NCBI RefSeq assembly: GCF_001194135.2
Contig: NC_068984.1
Span: forward strand, 47,567,714-47,631,713
Direction of reading: 5' to 3'
Length of the DNA: 64,000 nucleotides
Source: Octopus bimaculoides
Lineage: Eukaryota
This document shows positions 60,395-64,000 of the stretch, piece after piece (position 1 is the first letter of the stretch; every line of letters begins with the position of its first letter). The notes under the pieces were generated by a model, which ran no database searches, had not been told where the DNA came from, and saw nothing but the letters and a program-made list of their open reading frames with translations. Both the position numbers and the translations under genes were made by a program.

Positions 60395-60632
60395 CAATTA
60401 ACTGTGCATACCAGCCTCCCCTCCCCACGCTACTGATGTTATCCAAGGGAAAGCCAAAGGCCAACACAGCTTGGCACCAGTGACGTCGGAACTCATTTCT
60501 ACAGACGAATGAACTGGAGCAACGTGAAATGAAATGTCTTGCTCACGAACACAACACTCAGCCCGATTCGGGAATTGAACTCATTGCCTCGCGATTGTGA
60601 GCCCGACGCTCTAACCACTGAGTCATGCGTCT
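60395..60632 (-). mobile_element. SINE family E (tRNA head + CORE-like domain + distinct tail)
   Basis: Sense strand: TGACTCAGTGGTTAGAGCG (A-box), GAGTTCAATTCC (B-box), GTGTTCGTGAGCAAGACATTTCATTTCACGTTGCTCCAG (CORE-like). Confidence 0.8.
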
Positions 60633-61795
60633 TAGTGAATAATAACACTAGTAACTGGGGTTTCATTGCATTAACAAATGTTACATTTCTTTGCTTATCT
60701 AGCATTGATTTCACCGCTTTAGAAATGTATGTTCACATCTTGCGAACTATAGAGTTATATAGTATATTCTAGTATGTACTATATAATATAGTAGAAAGGA
60801 TTATTATTATTTTTATTATTATTATTATCAGTAGTAGTAGTAGTAGTACAAATTAGTCAGTGCAATAGTGCAATGAATGCTGGAGGGGGAACGCAGTATT
60901 TATTGCCAATAAATCAGAGCTCGATGCAAACGGCGTCGAAGCTTAATAACATCAAGCCCATGAATTAAGGTCATTTAGGGTCATCAGGAAACATCGGTGA
61001 TATGCGGAAAATATAAATGGCGAACACTTAATCTGATAATATATAAAAATTGTTAATGCTAAATCTAAGTAAACTCGAGAGACTAAGACTATATTAAGAG
61101 ACGTTAGCAGTCAATGTTATTAGTTTGACGTTCAATGAAGAATGAGAAGAGTAAAAGTGAGTACATTACGTTTCGCACATATATTCTTCAAATATAAAAA
61201 GTCAAAGAGAAAATCATGGGGAAAATATTTTTCTGTTTGAATATAAACTGTCTCTTTGTGTATCGACCACATCCTGGACATAACCCGCATGATTTTGCAA
61301 TTCTAGTGGGAACTGTAAGATTTACGAATACTGCTTCTACTGATTCATTAATAATAGATGTATAAATTGTTGTTTTCTCTTTTATGTTCCAAGAGGTTTT
61401 ATTTTTGATGATGAGGTTCGTCAAAATAGTCCAAGAGTTAATCATCCCCTTACACACTGTGACTTTTCGTGCACGAGAATCTGAACTCAATAATGTGCAG
61501 GCATCACCAGCCGTTTAAACTGTTTTCCTTTCACCAGTGCTGCTGCTGTCATACAGTGACAACATACAACACATGCGGTAGGTATTTAGAGCTTAGATGA
61601 AGCAATATTGGAGCTTTTAGATGGTGGTGGTTCGACCTGCTAGAAGCAAAAGTGAAATCATTCTTAAATCACACTTAGCCATCTTTAAAAAAAAAGAAGT
61701 GAAGGACATACTAGATAATGTCATCTTAGTTACCTCGTAAAAAAAGACGGAAAGGTCATGACTAATGCTTTTGATCATATGGCTGCTCGATCAGA

Positions 61796-62179
61796 GTTGT
61801 TGGCACTCCGTCGCTTACGACGTCGAGGGTTCCAGTCGATCCGATCAACGGAACAGCCTACTCGTGAAATTAATGTGCAAGTGGCTGAGCACTCCACAGA
61901 CACGTGTATCCGTAATGTAGTTCTCAGGGATATTCAGCGTGACACAGTGTGACAAGGCTGACTCTTTGAAATGCAGGTACAACAGAAACAGGAAGAATGA
62001 GTGAGAGAAAGTTGTGGTGGAAGAGTACAGCAGGGTTCGCCATCATCCCCTGCCGGAGCCTCGTGGAGCTTTAGGTGTTTTCGCTCAATAAACACTCACA
62101 ACGCCCGGTCTGGGAATCGAAACCGCGATCCTATGACCGCGAGTCCGCTGCCCTAACCACTGGGTCATTGCGCCTCCAC
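61796..62179 (-). mobile_element. SINE family A, full length, inserted into a family F repeat
   Basis: Reverse complement of family A. TSD TCGATCAGAGT at 61787-61797 and 62182-62192. Confidence 0.93.
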
Positions 62180-62916
62180 GTTCGATCAGAGTAGGTATAA
62201 GCTAAACAGAAACTTATAACGATCGAAGTTCTGTTTCGTGATAATCATATATCGACAGATAAAGTAACTAACTCCGTTTTAAAAATATTTTTTCTTAATC
62301 ATACTGACCTATACTAAGCAGTCTTGTCTTTCTAAAAAGTTTCGCATTTCGCATCTAAAACTTCACATTCCCTTGGATTAGAGGCGTCGTCAAGGAGGTC
62401 CAAAATAGGGGAGGGAAAAAAATCTAATGAATGAAGAAGAATTCTGGTATCAGAAGTTCCAAAGAAAGTGGAATGTTGAAAGAGAGCCAAGTGGAATGCA
62501 GACGTGGTGTCCCTGATAACAAAATTGTGTGGGGGATGACAACGTAATATAATAACAGCTGTGAATGAAAGATGGCTATTAGATAGACGTACAGATAGAA
62601 ATATATGGAAATTATATTATAGAAAAATATGTAATTCGTGTATCAAATATATGGGGTATTTTTTAGTAACTGCATGGAAGAGAGTGGGGAGAGGGAGAGA
62701 TACTAACGGAGAGGAAGAAGGGAAGGCATAAATTATACTTGAGAATATCATTTACCAATAGTAAATTGATGAATGACTGAGACAGATGAGGATACCAACA
62801 GTGCCTGAATATCTTTGTGTATGCTATAGCCAATGTGTTTATTGTGTGAACACTGTGTGAATGTGTGTATATATATATATATATATATTTTTAAATAACG
62901 TCGACCACTAACGTGG

Positions 62917-63092
62917 ACAATTAATGCGCTAGAAATAGATCACATTTTGTGTCTATTAAGACCTAAAAAGTTCTCAACATGAAATATAGCAGCATACCAA
63001 AAACGTTTTGGGTATGCTGCCATATTTCATGTTGAGAACTTTTTAGGTCTTAATAGACACAAAATGTGATCTATTACTAGCGCATTAACTGT
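62917..63092. repeat. Near-perfect spacerless palindrome (88-bp arms) running into a gap
   Basis: Centre at 63004/63005 (AAAAC|GTTTT). The arms differ at about four positions. Confidence 0.92.
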
Positions 63093-64000
63093 NNNNNNNN
63101 NNNNNNNNNNNNNNNNNNNNNNNNNNNNNNNNNNNNNNNNNNNNNNNNNNNNNNNNNNNNNNNNNNNNNNNNNNNNNNNNNNNNNNNNNNNNNNNNNNNN
63201 NNNNNNNNNNNNNNNNNNNNNNNNNNNNNNNNNNNNNNNNNNNNNNNNNNNNNNNNNNNNNNNNNNNNNNNNNNNNNNNNNNNNNNNNNNNNNNNNNNNN
63301 NNNNNNNNNNNNNNNNNNNNNNNNNNNNNNNNNNNNNNNNNNNNNNNNNNNNNNNNNNNATAAAATAAATCGTTTTTAACTTGAATTAGATAGAACTATA
63401 AATAATCAGCGTATAAAGATTTTGTTGAAATACTTTTTCCATCTAACGGTTTTTTTAATGCAACATTTACACTCTATTAGTCATAACTTTAATGTACTTC
63501 GAATTACACCTTAAAAAAAAAACAATTTATTTTTACATACATACATACTCACTTACACACACACACACACACACACACACTCATTTCTCTTTACTGTTGT
63601 ATAAAACTGTATTATCATGATCCTCACCACTAATCCTCCACATATGAAGATTGTTAAGCTATATTTAGAAATGCTAACAGCAAGAATGCTACTACGCAAC
63701 AGCTTCGACAACAGCAACAAAAGTCTGCATATTGGATTGCATAATATGATCCTCAGCAAAGCGGATACATGGCATATTTGAAATGCTGGGTCTGTGAATC
63801 GTACTCCGTCGATTTCCCGATTACTTATTGCTCGATATAGTCTATTTAGGGTTGAGATGAAACTACACAACACTGACAAATGTATGGCCATCTCTACTTT
63901 CAAAACCAAAACTGACAACAGTTAAAAAATGAAGGACATTTGTTCATGCATGAGTCCACAATTTTTAACTTGTACCTTTCATGCCACTACACAACTATAA

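Overview
AT-rich, repeat-dense eukaryotic genomic DNA with seven N gaps. It is most likely an octopod cephalopod (Octopus-like); this is inferred from the recalled look of its SINE families and microsatellite load and was not checked against a database. No intact host protein-coding gene, rRNA, true tRNA or CRISPR array can be supported. Nearly all ORFs in the track are microsatellite, SINE or gap artefacts, so the window looks like a very long intron or intergenic DNA. It is dominated by at least five tRNA-derived SINE families (called A-E here), an unclassified dispersed repeat (F), decayed Tc1/mariner elements with their MITE derivatives, a hAT-type MITE with a perfect 8-bp TSD, Helitron-like elements, several long palindromes/foldbacks and many microsatellites. 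Best leads: (1) a tRNA-headed short element (family D) carrying a minimal Penelope-type type-I hammerhead ribozyme motif, found at two loci with its heads joined back to back; (2) a second, unrelated minimal hammerhead-like motif at 44.6 kb; (3) a strong minus-strand branch point/polypyrimidine/CAG|GTAAGT junction at 41.35 kb resembling a recursive splice site, plus a weaker one made by a SINE insertion; (4) a decayed mariner with both TIRs and two of its MITE derivatives in the same window.
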